Shown here piece after piece: positions 26,650-35,698 of a DNA stretch of 57,656 nucleotides. Source of the stretch: Candidatus Binataceae bacterium (GTDB taxonomy: Bacteria > Desulfobacterota > Binatia > Binatales > Binataceae); NCBI GenBank assembly GCA_036495625.1, contig DASXMQ010000091.1, positions 1 to 57,656 of the forward strand, in the 5' to 3' direction. Within the stretch, counting starts at the first letter, position 1. Every line of letters starts with the position of its first letter. The notes below the pieces were generated by a model that made no database searches, was not told the origin of the DNA, and was given only the letters and a program-made list of their open reading frames with translations. The position numbers were made by a program, and so were the translations under genes.

Positions 26650-26991
26650 TCAGGCGGCGGCGGTCCGAGCCTTGCCGCACTTGCCGCACTGGTTGTTCTG
26701 GTTGTTGGCGTCTTCGAGGAGGCCGTCGTCGAGCGAATGGCAGACCTTGAGACACTTGCCGCAGATGAAGTAGATGCCGTCGATGGTTTTGTTGATGCGC
26801 TCGCGGTTGAGGATGCGGCCCTTCAGCTTTTCGATGCGGATGCCAAGGAGCTCCTGGTACTGGCGCTTGATCTTGCGCCGCCCGGCTTCGTCCTTGGGAA
26901 GATCGGCATCTTCGTCGGCCTCGTCCGGCGAGTCGCCGAAGCTGGGATACAGGTCACGCTTGGCGGTCTTGCTTTTGCGAGTCCTGGCCAT
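26650..26991 (-). CDS. small zinc-ribbon protein (113 aa), hypothetical
   Basis: Basic/acidic N-terminus followed by CGKC...CGKC. Strong GGAGGGG SD upstream of ATG 26991. Confidence 0.6.
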   Translation of the reverse strand: MARTRKSKTAKRDLYPSFGDSPDEADEDADLPKDEAGRRKIKRQYQELLGIRIEKLKGRILNRERINKTIDGIYFICGKCLKVCHSLDDGLLEDANNQNNQCGKCGKARTAAA

Positions 26992-27009
26992 CGCTGGTAT
27001 CCCCTCCCC

Positions 27010-27183
27010 CTAACGCGAGCGCGCGACGTAGCCGCAGTTCTTCTCGCAGACGAGGAAAAATCCGCGCCGGCCGTAACCAGCGAACATCGTTACCTTGCTC
27101 TCGGCGCCGCAGCTCGGACACATGTGTTTGTGGCCCACGTCGCTGCGGCCCTTTTCCGCCGTCTTCGCCTTTTTCTCAGCCAT
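27010..27183 (-). CDS. unlisted 57-aa zinc-ribbon miniprotein, hypothetical
   Basis: Hand translation: MAEKKAKTAEKGRSDVGHKHMCPSCGAESKVTMFAGYGRRGFFLVCEKNCGYVARSR*. Below the 60-aa cutoff of the ORF track. Its stop is 18 nt before the next ORF's ATG. Confidence 0.5.
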   Translation of the reverse strand: MAEKKAKTAEKGRSDVGHKHMCPSCGAESKVTMFAGYGRRGFFLVCEKNCGYVARSR

Positions 27184-27493
27184 GACCGATGACGCTCTCT
27201 TTGTTTAAAGTTTTGGGGTTTGCTTCCTGGCTCTCAGACCGCGATTGTGACTCGGGGCGGGCCCGCCTCAGACGGACGCTGCGGGTGATTCTGCGCGGAC
27301 CGATTCTTTCATACGCCAAAATTCATATGCCAGGACGCCCTCTGTGCCGCATCACTATAGCACAGGGTAAACGGCCCAAAACTACACGGTCAATACGTCC
27401 GCACGATGAATGTTCGCGCGACGATGTCCGCGCCGCGCCGCGCGCCAACGCGCGCCTTGCGCGCGCCGCGCCGAGCGTCTAAGCGTTAAGCCC

Positions 27494-28393
27494 TTGGAAG
27501 CGAAGCTCAAGCCCAACGACGCCGTCCTGTTCATCGATCGCAAGCGCCGCCGCTACCTGAAGATCCTGCGCCCCGGCGCGCGCATCCTCATCCGCGGCGA
27601 AATCTCCGCCGACGACTTGATCGGCATCGAAGAGGGATCGCGCGTCAAACTCAGCGGCGGCGAGAGCTTCCTCGTCCTGCGGCCGACCTATGCCGACCTG
27701 ATTCCGCATCTGCCGCGCCAGGCCCAGGTGATCTATCCCAAGGACACCGGCCCGCTCCTGATTTGGGGCGACGTTTTTCCCGGCGCCACGGTGATCGAAG
27801 GCGGCGTCGGCGCGGGTGCCCTCACCATCGCGCTGTTGCGCGCGGTCGGACCCGCCGGCCACGTCATCTCGTATGAATTGCGCGAGGACTTCGCCGCCGC
27901 GGCGCGGCGCAACGTGGCGGCGTTTTTCGGCGAGGCGCCGAATTGGACGCTCAAGCTCGGCGACCTCTACGCGGGCTTCGAGGAGACCGGCGTCGATCGG
28001 ATGTTTCTCGATCTCGCGGAGCCCGGGCGCGCGCTCGGCGTGGCGGCGCGCGCGCTGCGTCCCGGCGGTGTGCTGGTCTGCTACGTGCCGACCGCGATTC
28101 AGCTCGGCGACACGGTTGCGGCGCTCGAGCGCGACGGCGGTTTCGGCGAGGTCGAATCGTTCGAGACGCTGCTGCGCAACTGGCACGTCAAGGGGCTGAG
28201 CGTCCGCCCGGTCCATCGGATGGTCGCGCATTCCGGCTTCATCATCGTGTCGCGGCGCCTCGCGTCATACTCCGAGGCAGGCGCGGCGCCGCCCCTGGCG
28301 CCGCGCGAATCGCCGGTAGTCGAGGACGCGTCAGGACCCTACGACGGCGACGATTCCGGCAACGGCGATTCCGGCGGCGACGAGGAACGCTGA
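27494..28393 (+). CDS. trmI: tRNA (adenine(58)-N1)-methyltransferase TrmI/GCD14 family
   Basis: VIYPKDTG and VIEGGVGAGALT (SAM motif), with the family-typical N-terminal beta domain. The track start at 27410 adds an Arg-rich 28 aa, so TTG 27494 is preferred; the start remains uncertain. Acidic Gly/Asp tail. Confidence 0.8.
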   Translation: MEAKLKPNDAVLFIDRKRRRYLKILRPGARILIRGEISADDLIGIEEGSRVKLSGGESFLVLRPTYADLIPHLPRQAQVIYPKDTGPLLIWGDVFPGATVIEGGVGAGALTIALLRAVGPAGHVISYELREDFAAAARRNVAAFFGEAPNWTLKLGDLYAGFEETGVDRMFLDLAEPGRALGVAARALRPGGVLVCYVPTAIQLGDTVAALERDGGFGEVESFETLLRNWHVKGLSVRPVHRMVAHSGFIIVSRRLASYSEAGAAPPLAPRESPVVEDASGPYDGDDSGNGDSGGDEER

Positions 28394-28546
28394 TCGGCGC
28401 GGCCTCGCGTCATCGAATCTTTTCACGCTCTTAACCAAAGCGTTTTCGATCTGTCAGAAGCCGGTAACCCGGAGCGCGTTAGTGTGTCACGTTCCGTCCG
28501 ATGTCCGGCTCAACTGTCCGCCTCAACCTCAGGAAGGAAAAAGAAC

Positions 28547-30631
28547 GTGCAGAGAAAACGCGCTCGTCTTCTATGGCCGCTTATCGGAGCCGCCGCGCTG
28601 GCGCTCGGCTTCGCGCCCGCCGCCGGCGCAACCTGCAACCTCAATTCGCCGACCGGCAAGATAACGCACGTGGTGTATGTGGAGTTCGACAACGTTCATT
28701 TCACGCGCGACAACCCGAATGTACCGTCCGACCTCGAACAGATGCCGAACCTGCTTAACTTTCTCGAAAACAACGGCACGCTCGACGCCGGCGACCATGC
28801 GGTGCTGATCTCGCACACCGCCAATGACATCCTGACCACCGAGACCGGGCGCTATTCCGACCGCGACGGGATCGCCATCGCAAACAACTTCGGCGTGTTT
28901 TCGCCGATCTCGGCGAAAAGTCCTATCGGAGTCGAGTTCCCTTCGTCGTTCTTTTACTGGACCGACGCGGTCGCCGACATCGATTCGCTGACCGCCGATC
29001 CGTTGCCCGCGCTGATCACCGAAACCGGTCAGAACGTTCCGGCGCCATGGGTGCCGTTCACGCGCGCCGGATGCGATGTCGGCGCTTTCTCGACCGCGAA
29101 TATCGTGCTCGAGCGCTCCCCTTTCGACGTAGTGAAGGTATTCGGCGGCGGTTCCGCGCAGGCGGCGGAAATCTCGTCGCAGCAGAATACCGATTTCATC
29201 GGCGAGGCGATCCACTGCGCGCAGGGCAGTCCGCTGTGCACGACGGCGAACGGCGCCGAGCCGGATTCGCTGCCCGACGAGCCCGGCGGCTACAGCAACT
29301 TCGAGGCGCTTTTCGGCGCGAAATACGTCAATACGGCCTTCGGCGCTCCGCTTGAGGACCTGGACAACAATGTGCTCATGGGCTCAACCGGCCCCGGCTT
29401 TCCGGGCTTCAGTCCGACCGCGACGCAGACCCTGGGCGCGGTCGCCACGATGCTGGAGAAGGGTGTGCCGGTGGTGTTCGCCTATATCGCCGACGTGCAT
29501 GACAATCGCTCGGGCTCGGGAACCTTCGGCCCCGGCCAGGCCGGGTACCAGGCCCAGCTCGCGCAGTACAACACGGCCTTCGGCAAATTTTTCGCGCGCC
29601 TCGCCTCTGACGGAATCGATCAGAGCAATACGCTCTTCATCTTCACGCCCGACGAAGGCGACCATTTCGTCGGCAGCACGCCCAGCCCCGCCAACTGCGA
29701 TGGCGTCACCACGCAATGCACTTACCCCGGCGGAATCGGCGAGCTCGACATCAATCTGAACCAGCTCACGGCGAACGCCGGCGTCGCGACACAGTATGGA
29801 ATTCATTTCGACGACGCTCCCACCGTATTCATCGAGCATAATCCCGGGCCGGCCGACCCGATCACCCGCACGCTGGAGCAGACAATGGCGGGGCTCACCG
29901 CGGTCAATCCGTATACGGGCAACGTTGACCACTTGATGGCCGCGATGGCGGATCCGGTCGAGGAATCGATGCTGCACATGGTGATACCCGAGGACGGGGC
30001 GCGCACGCCGAGCTTCACCTTCTTCGGCGACCCGGACTACTTCTTTCAATCGACCGGCTCGGCCATACCGGTCATCGGGCCCGGCTTCGCCTGGAACCAC
30101 GGCGACATCCAGCCCGAGATCGCGCGGACCTTTATCGGAATCGTCGGACCGGGCGTGAGCCAGCAAGGCGCGACCACCGCATTCTTTTCCGACCACGTGG
30201 ACGTGCGGCCGACGATGATGTTTCTGACCGGCCTGACCGACTCCTACGCGCATGACGGCCGCGTGCTGACCGAGGTGATCGACAAGAAACTGCTGCCGAA
30301 AGGCTTGAGCGACGACGTGAAACTCACGCAAGCCCTGGGACAGGCCTACAAGTCGATCAACGCTCCGTTCGGCGCGCTGGCGATGGCCTCGCTTCAGGTC
30401 TCGAGTGCAGCGCTCGCGAGCAATACGCCCGGCGACGCCGAGTATCTGTCGCTCGAGAACCAGATCGAAAACTGGACCGAGCAGCGCAATACGCTGGCGA
30501 CGCAGATGAAATCGATGCTCGAAGCGGCCGAATTCCAGGGCGGGAAAATCAACCCCCACCAGGCCCAGGGCCTCATCAACGCTGCCGCGGCGCTGGTTGC
30601 TGAAGCCGAGGTCGTAGCCGCAGGCCTGTAA
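28547..30631 (+). CDS. secreted phosphoesterase-like (alkaline-phosphatase-superfamily/AcpA-PLC-like) protein, function uncertain
   Basis: GTG 28547 follows a GGAAGGA SD. Signal peptide LLWPLIGAAALALGFAPAAGA. HVVYVEFDNVHF, YIADVHDN and FTPDEGDHFVG blocks resemble metal-site motifs of that superfamily (weak). Confidence 0.55.
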   Translation: MQRKRARLLWPLIGAAALALGFAPAAGATCNLNSPTGKITHVVYVEFDNVHFTRDNPNVPSDLEQMPNLLNFLENNGTLDAGDHAVLISHTANDILTTETGRYSDRDGIAIANNFGVFSPISAKSPIGVEFPSSFFYWTDAVADIDSLTADPLPALITETGQNVPAPWVPFTRAGCDVGAFSTANIVLERSPFDVVKVFGGGSAQAAEISSQQNTDFIGEAIHCAQGSPLCTTANGAEPDSLPDEPGGYSNFEALFGAKYVNTAFGAPLEDLDNNVLMGSTGPGFPGFSPTATQTLGAVATMLEKGVPVVFAYIADVHDNRSGSGTFGPGQAGYQAQLAQYNTAFGKFFARLASDGIDQSNTLFIFTPDEGDHFVGSTPSPANCDGVTTQCTYPGGIGELDINLNQLTANAGVATQYGIHFDDAPTVFIEHNPGPADPITRTLEQTMAGLTAVNPYTGNVDHLMAAMADPVEESMLHMVIPEDGARTPSFTFFGDPDYFFQSTGSAIPVIGPGFAWNHGDIQPEIARTFIGIVGPGVSQQGATTAFFSDHVDVRPTMMFLTGLTDSYAHDGRVLTEVIDKKLLPKGLSDDVKLTQALGQAYKSINAPFGALAMASLQVSSAALASNTPGDAEYLSLENQIENWTEQRNTLATQMKSMLEAAEFQGGKINPHQAQGLINAAAALVAEAEVVAAGL

Positions 30632-30644
30632 AGAAGCCTTCCCC

Positions 30645-30680
30645 GCGGGCCGTCGACCTCTCCCCGGGTCGGCGGCCCGC
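30645..30680. terminator. 14-bp GC-rich hairpin between convergent genes
   Basis: GCGGGCCGTCGACC-tctccccg-GGTCGGCGGCCCGC, with one G.U pair. Confidence 0.5.
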
Positions 30681-30691
30681 CTCCTCCGCGC

Positions 30692-30732
30692 GCGGTAGCG
30701 AGTAACCGACACTCGCTGCCGCGCATTTTTTT
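30692..30732 (+). terminator. rho-independent terminator of the 28547..30631 gene
   Basis: GCGGTAGCGAGT-aaccgac-ACTCGCTGCCGC followed by gcaTTTTTTT. Confidence 0.8.
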
Positions 30733-30779
30733 CCGTCGCGCCCGGCTCGCTTTGCGGCGCGGGCCATCGCGGAGCGCGC

Positions 30780-33227
30780 TCAGTGACCGAATAACGAACC
30801 GAAGAAATTTCCGAGCGTGCCGAGGACTCCGTTGGCCGCAGGCGACGGAGCCGCTCCCGGAGCGGATGCGACGCCCGGCGGCGGCGGCGAGGCGCTCGGA
30901 CCCGCAACCAGGGTCGGCGCCGGCGCGAGACCGCTGTGCAGCGGACACATCTGCGTCGGCGCGGTGCCGTTTAAAAACGGCACCGTGGCCGTCCGGGGGC
31001 ATCCGCTGGTCGCAAGACCCCCGCTTTGCGGATCGATCGTCGCCATCGTGATTCCCGGCGGCACCGCAAACGGCGGCGAGGTGCGCGGCGTAACGTCGAG
31101 CATGAAACTCACCCACGCCGGAAGCGCCGCCGTGGCGCCCGGCGCGCCCAGGCTTTGCGGATGGTCGAATCCGACCCAGACCCCGCATACGATACGCGGC
31201 GTGTAACCGACGAAGTACGCGTCGTGATAGTCCTGCGTCGTGCCGGTCTTGCCGGCCGCCGGAAAGTCGAGCCCCATCTTCGCCGCGCCCGCGCCGGTGC
31301 CCCATTTGAGCACCTGTTCGAGCGCGCCGGTGATGAGGTACGCGGCCGACGGACTGACCAGCGCCAACTGATGCGGAACGTGATGATAAATGAGATGGTC
31401 CTTGGCGTCGTACACGGCCTCGAGCGCGTAGGGCGGCCGCGAAATTCCGGCGCCGGCAAAAATCTGGTAGGCCCCGGTCAGCTCGAACAGCGTAGTCTCG
31501 GCGGCGCCGATCGAAATCGGCAACACCGCCGGGATGTCCTCATTGATGCCCATCTCGTGCGCCGTCGCCACGATCGTCCGCGGCCCCAGCAGGCTCCCCA
31601 GGTATGCGGTCGGCACGTTTAGCGACTCGGCCAGCGCCTCGACTACCGTGACCGTGCCCTGGTAGGTGCGCTCGTAGTTGACCGGCGTCCATCCGTTGAA
31701 GGACATCGGGCGATCCGGCAACAGCGAGGCGAGCGTCACCGGCTGGCCGATCGGCGAGCGCGACGGATCGAGCGCGTTCAGATAGACGATAGGCTTGAAG
31801 GCCGAGCCCGGCTGGCGCTCGGCCTGGGTTACGCGGTTGAACTGGCTGGTCGAATAGTCGCGTCCGCCGACCATCGCCACAATCGCGCCGGTGCGCGCGT
31901 CGAGCGCGACCAGCGAACCCTCGAGCTCCTCGCCGCGCGTGGTGCGGCGCAGATGCGGATGCTGCTTTTCGAGCCGCACGAGATTCGATTCCACGCTCTC
32001 GCGCGCCGCCTGCTCCATCTCCGGATCGAGCGTGGTGTACACCTTGAGCCCGGCCAGGTTGCCGTTGAAGCCTGGAATCCGCTCGACTTCGGTGATCACA
32101 TAGTCGTTGAAATAGGGCGCGCGGCGGAGCCCCGGCACCTTGGCGATCGCAAGCGGCGCGGCGGCGGCCTCTGCGTACTGCGCCGCGTCGATCACGTTGT
32201 CGCGGCGCATCATGGCGAGCACCGTGTCGCGGCGCGCGCGGCAGGCGTCGGGATGGCGGCGCGGATCGTACATGGTCGGCGCCCGGATCATCCCGATGAG
32301 CGTCGCGGCCTCGGCCGGCGTGACCTCATGCACGTCCTTGTTGAAGAAATCGCGCGCCGCGAGCGGCATCCCGGTGATCGGCGTGCCGTCGTATGCGCCC
32401 ATCGGAACGTCATTTATGTAGCGTTCGAGAATCTGGTTCTTGCTGAGCCGGATCTCGATCACCAGCGCCACGGCCAACTCGCGCACTTTGCGCGCAAACG
32501 TGCGCTCGTGGCGATCGATAAACGTGCGCGCGAGCTGCTGCGTGAGCGTGCTCGCGCCCTGGCCCAGATGATGCGTTCGCAGGTCCGCGATCGCCGCCTC
32601 CACCATCCGTATCGGGTCGAATCCCGGATGATAGTAGAAGTAGCGATCCTCGGTCGCGAGCAGTCCGCGCACCAGGTACGGTGGGACGTCGCTCAGTTCC
32701 GTCTCGACCTGTTCCGGCAGCGCGCCCGGCAGCAGCCGGCCGATAACTTCCGGCTCGAGCGTCGCCGCGGGCAGCGCCGCGCCGAAGGAGTCCGCCACGC
32801 CCTCGACCACGGTGCCGGCGAGCGTCAGATGGACCAGCGCCGGGGGACGTTCGGTTATCCCTTCGCGAAACCCGCGCAGGTACATCGTCACGCGGCCGGG
32901 CATTAGCGCGTATTCGCCAGGATGGGTCGGATCGGCGACGCGCGTATAGCTGAGCCGCCCGATCCGGTCGAGCAGATGCAACTTTGCGAGGTCGTCGCCG
33001 CGTTCGATCTTGAGCGGCGCGGAGTAAACGGCCGAGGTCAGCGCCGCTTCGCGCTGTTCGATGAGCGCCGAGATCCCGTCGTAGAGTTCGGCCAAGTAGA
33101 ACCCGCAGCCGAAGAGAAAGAGCAACACAACTCCCGCAGCCGCGCGCCGCGGGCCAATCCGCCTGAGCGCGCGGCGTACGCGTCCCGCCGCCGCCGATCC
33201 CCTCCTCCGCCTGCCTGGGCTAGCCAT
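30780..33227 (-). CDS. class A penicillin-binding protein (transglycosylase/transpeptidase, PBP1A family)
   Basis: N-terminal TM; GT51 motif ATEDRYFYYHPGFD; transpeptidase motifs SAFK, SLN and KTGTT. Confidence 0.92.
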   Translation of the reverse strand: MASPGRRRRGSAAAGRVRRALRRIGPRRAAAGVVLLFLFGCGFYLAELYDGISALIEQREAALTSAVYSAPLKIERGDDLAKLHLLDRIGRLSYTRVADPTHPGEYALMPGRVTMYLRGFREGITERPPALVHLTLAGTVVEGVADSFGAALPAATLEPEVIGRLLPGALPEQVETELSDVPPYLVRGLLATEDRYFYYHPGFDPIRMVEAAIADLRTHHLGQGASTLTQQLARTFIDRHERTFARKVRELAVALVIEIRLSKNQILERYINDVPMGAYDGTPITGMPLAARDFFNKDVHEVTPAEAATLIGMIRAPTMYDPRRHPDACRARRDTVLAMMRRDNVIDAAQYAEAAAAPLAIAKVPGLRRAPYFNDYVITEVERIPGFNGNLAGLKVYTTLDPEMEQAARESVESNLVRLEKQHPHLRRTTRGEELEGSLVALDARTGAIVAMVGGRDYSTSQFNRVTQAERQPGSAFKPIVYLNALDPSRSPIGQPVTLASLLPDRPMSFNGWTPVNYERTYQGTVTVVEALAESLNVPTAYLGSLLGPRTIVATAHEMGINEDIPAVLPISIGAAETTLFELTGAYQIFAGAGISRPPYALEAVYDAKDHLIYHHVPHQLALVSPSAAYLITGALEQVLKWGTGAGAAKMGLDFPAAGKTGTTQDYHDAYFVGYTPRIVCGVWVGFDHPQSLGAPGATAALPAWVSFMLDVTPRTSPPFAVPPGITMATIDPQSGGLATSGCPRTATVPFLNGTAPTQMCPLHSGLAPAPTLVAGPSASPPPPGVASAPGAAPSPAANGVLGTLGNFFGSLFGH

Positions 33228-33439
33228 CGCGCCCGGTTTTTCTCCGCTAGGCGCCGCGTCCCGGTCCGGACGCGACGCCCACTGATGATTAGTATATCCC
33301 GCGCGGCGGGATCGACGCGATCATCGCTCTATGACCGCGCGGCGCATGGCGGGGATGCCGGCGGCGGGCCTTCGCCGCCGGCCAGCATCCCCGACGCGCC
33401 GGGCGGGAGGCGGCGGGCGCGTGCGCTGGCACGCGCCCG

Positions 33440-34396
33440 CTACCCTCCCGGCGCTTTTTGCGCGCGGACTTCGCCCGTGCGCAGCGCCGCGAGCTGGCTC
33501 GCCAGCGCGCGCATCAGCGCGAGCCCGGAGCCGCCGGGACAGTCGGCAAGCTCGATTACCGGCGCGTCGACGCGCCGGCGCACGCGCTCGAGCGCGCGCC
33601 GCTCGCTCGCGGCGCGCTGAAGTTCATCCTGGGCGAGCGCGGCGAGGCCGTCGCGAAGTGCTGGCGCGGCGCGCAGCGCCGGACGGCGCGTTAGCCGTGC
33701 GACGGCCGCCGCGTCGAAACGCGGCCGGCGCGTGCGGTTGAAGATCAGCGCGGCGACATCGAGGCCGAGGCTCTTGAGCGCGGCGTACGTCTCCAGCGTT
33801 TCGCCGATTGCGAGCGGCTCGGGCGAGGTCACGAGCACCACGCCGCATCGCGCGGGATCGCGGAGCAGTTGAGCGACGCTGTCGGCCAGGCGGCCGACGA
33901 CGCCGGCGCCGAAGGTCTCGCGCGCCACCAGCGGCATCCGCAGCACGCTCAGCGCCTGGCCCGACGCCGGAGCGTCGAGCACGATCAGGTCCCACGGCGG
34001 CGAGGGCGGCCGATACTCGAGTTCGTGGTAGATCTTCCCGGCCATGATCAGTTCGCGCAAACCCGGCGCGGCTTCGACGAAGTAGCGGTATGCGCCGCTG
34101 TTGACGACCGCTTTGAGCATCGCGCGGCCGGGCACGACGGTCGCGAGGTACTCTTCGAGTTGACGGGCGCCGTCGAGGAGCACGGTCCAGAGGCCAGGCG
34201 CGGCTTCGACCGGGTCGAAAGCGGGCTTGCTGCCGAGCGCCGTTGCGAGAGCGCCCAGCCGGTCGTATTCCATCGCGAGCACGCGGGACGACGCGCCCGC
34301 GCGCACCAGCGCGAGCGCGCCGCTTACGCTCGTGCGTCCGACACCGCCCTTGCCAACGACGATCAGCGCGCGGCGTTTCAGCAGCTCGTCAATCAT
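33440..34396 (-). CDS. ArsA/Get3-like P-loop ATPase (single domain)
   Basis: VVGKGGVGRTS deviant Walker A, LIVLDAPASGQAL, 318 aa. Confidence 0.8.
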   Translation of the reverse strand: MIDELLKRRALIVVGKGGVGRTSVSGALALVRAGASSRVLAMEYDRLGALATALGSKPAFDPVEAAPGLWTVLLDGARQLEEYLATVVPGRAMLKAVVNSGAYRYFVEAAPGLRELIMAGKIYHELEYRPPSPPWDLIVLDAPASGQALSVLRMPLVARETFGAGVVGRLADSVAQLLRDPARCGVVLVTSPEPLAIGETLETYAALKSLGLDVAALIFNRTRRPRFDAAAVARLTRRPALRAAPALRDGLAALAQDELQRAASERRALERVRRRVDAPVIELADCPGGSGLALMRALASQLAALRTGEVRAQKAPGG

Positions 34397-34445
34397 TCGC
34401 AGATTCGCGCTTAGGGGATACGCCGGAGCGATTCGGACAACGCGA

Positions 34446-35315
34446 TCAGAGGAAACGGCGGCCCTGGCGCTCGTCGGGAAGGTCGAGCCCCAGCGCGACC
34501 AGCTTGCGATCGACGTATTCCTTGTATGCCGCGCGGATTTCGGAGTTGCCGACGCCCTTCAAGCCCCAGTGGATAAACCGCGGCGTGTTGGGCGAGTCGG
34601 AGCGGCCGAACATGTCGAGCGCCGCCGAATACCATTTCGGCAGCAACGCCTGGGCAAGCGCGCGGCTGCGCCGCTCGGCGCAAATCGCGCCGAGGAAATA
34701 GTAGCCCATCTCGGAGTGGCCGAACTCGTCGCGCTCGACCGTGCGCGAAATTTTGCGCAGCGGCGCGTAGCTCGATTCGCGCCAGTCGCGGGCATGGAAC
34801 GCGCCGTTGAGATCGATCAGGAAGTGAAAGAATGCGTCGTCGGCCCAGGTGTCCTTGAGCAGATGGAACGCGTAGTGCGCATACGGCACATCGCGCAGCG
34901 CGAAGTCCGGGTCCAGGCCGACGGCGATCCGATGGAACATGATCGCGTGCTTGAGTTCTTCGGCCAGGTACTCCGACTTGATGAGCCGCGCCGCGGCATC
35001 GTGTGCGAGCGTCTCCGCCGCCTCGATACACGTGCCCATCAGGCCCAAAAAGCTCTTGTTGCCCGCGCGCTCGCCTTCGTGACGCAGCATCTTCATCAGC
35101 AGCGCGCGATAGTCCTCGGGCAGTTCGTCGCCCTCGTCGAAGTTATGCTCGGGGCGATCGATCTTGCAGGAGAGGTCAGGCAGCGGATCGCCTTGCGCGT
35201 AAATATCGGTCCAGAACGGCCATAGCCCGCCGCCACGGACCCGTTCACCGCGCTCGGCGCCGTCACCGCTTTCGTCGTGTCCGATATCGTCTGGGGTCAA
35301 ATCGTCAAGGGCCAT
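34446..35315 (-). CDS. PaaA/PaaC-family ferritin-like di-iron oxygenase subunit, solitary
   Basis: Two ExxH motifs (AEELKHAIMF and ERDEFGHSEMG) align with PaaA QDEAGHG and KEESFHQ. LPKWYSAALDMFGRSDSPNTPR aligns with PaaA FWWPALMMFGPNDDNSPN. Confidence 0.75.
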   Translation of the reverse strand: MALDDLTPDDIGHDESGDGAERGERVRGGGLWPFWTDIYAQGDPLPDLSCKIDRPEHNFDEGDELPEDYRALLMKMLRHEGERAGNKSFLGLMGTCIEAAETLAHDAAARLIKSEYLAEELKHAIMFHRIAVGLDPDFALRDVPYAHYAFHLLKDTWADDAFFHFLIDLNGAFHARDWRESSYAPLRKISRTVERDEFGHSEMGYYFLGAICAERRSRALAQALLPKWYSAALDMFGRSDSPNTPRFIHWGLKGVGNSEIRAAYKEYVDRKLVALGLDLPDERQGRRFL

Positions 35316-35369
35316 ATTCCGATACCTCTCCCGCCGCTGCTCGTTCGAATCTAGCCCGGCGCGCGCGTC

Positions 35370-35663
35370 TTAGGCAAAACGGGCTCTGGCGGCGGCGGCG
35401 CGCGCGGGATCGATCGCGCCGGCGCGCTCGGCCTGGAAGCCGCAGGCGCATCCGGCGAGCCCGGCAGCGTAAAGATCCATTTCGCCGTCGACCAGTTCGC
35501 GCGCCATCCCCGGCAACAGCTTGTCGCCGACGCATCCGAGCGCCGCGCCGCATCGCGCGCATCGGAGCCGGTAGTAGGTGCCGTAAGTGGCGACGCCCTC
35601 GACCGCCATCCCGAGCGGCTCGTAGGCGGCGCGGATTTCGTCCAGGATTACGCTCATCGACAT
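35370..35663 (-). CDS. 97-aa Cys-containing hypothetical protein
   Basis: ORF contains RCARCGAALGC and GCACGF. No carrier-protein Ser motif and no MbtH motif. Tightly spaced between the ligase and the PaaA-like gene. Confidence 0.5.
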   Translation of the reverse strand: MSMSVILDEIRAAYEPLGMAVEGVATYGTYYRLRCARCGAALGCVGDKLLPGMARELVDGEMDLYAAGLAGCACGFQAERAGAIDPARAAAARARFA

Positions 35664-35698
35664 TTACGGCCTCAACGCCGCTCCCCTCGGGTTACAGC

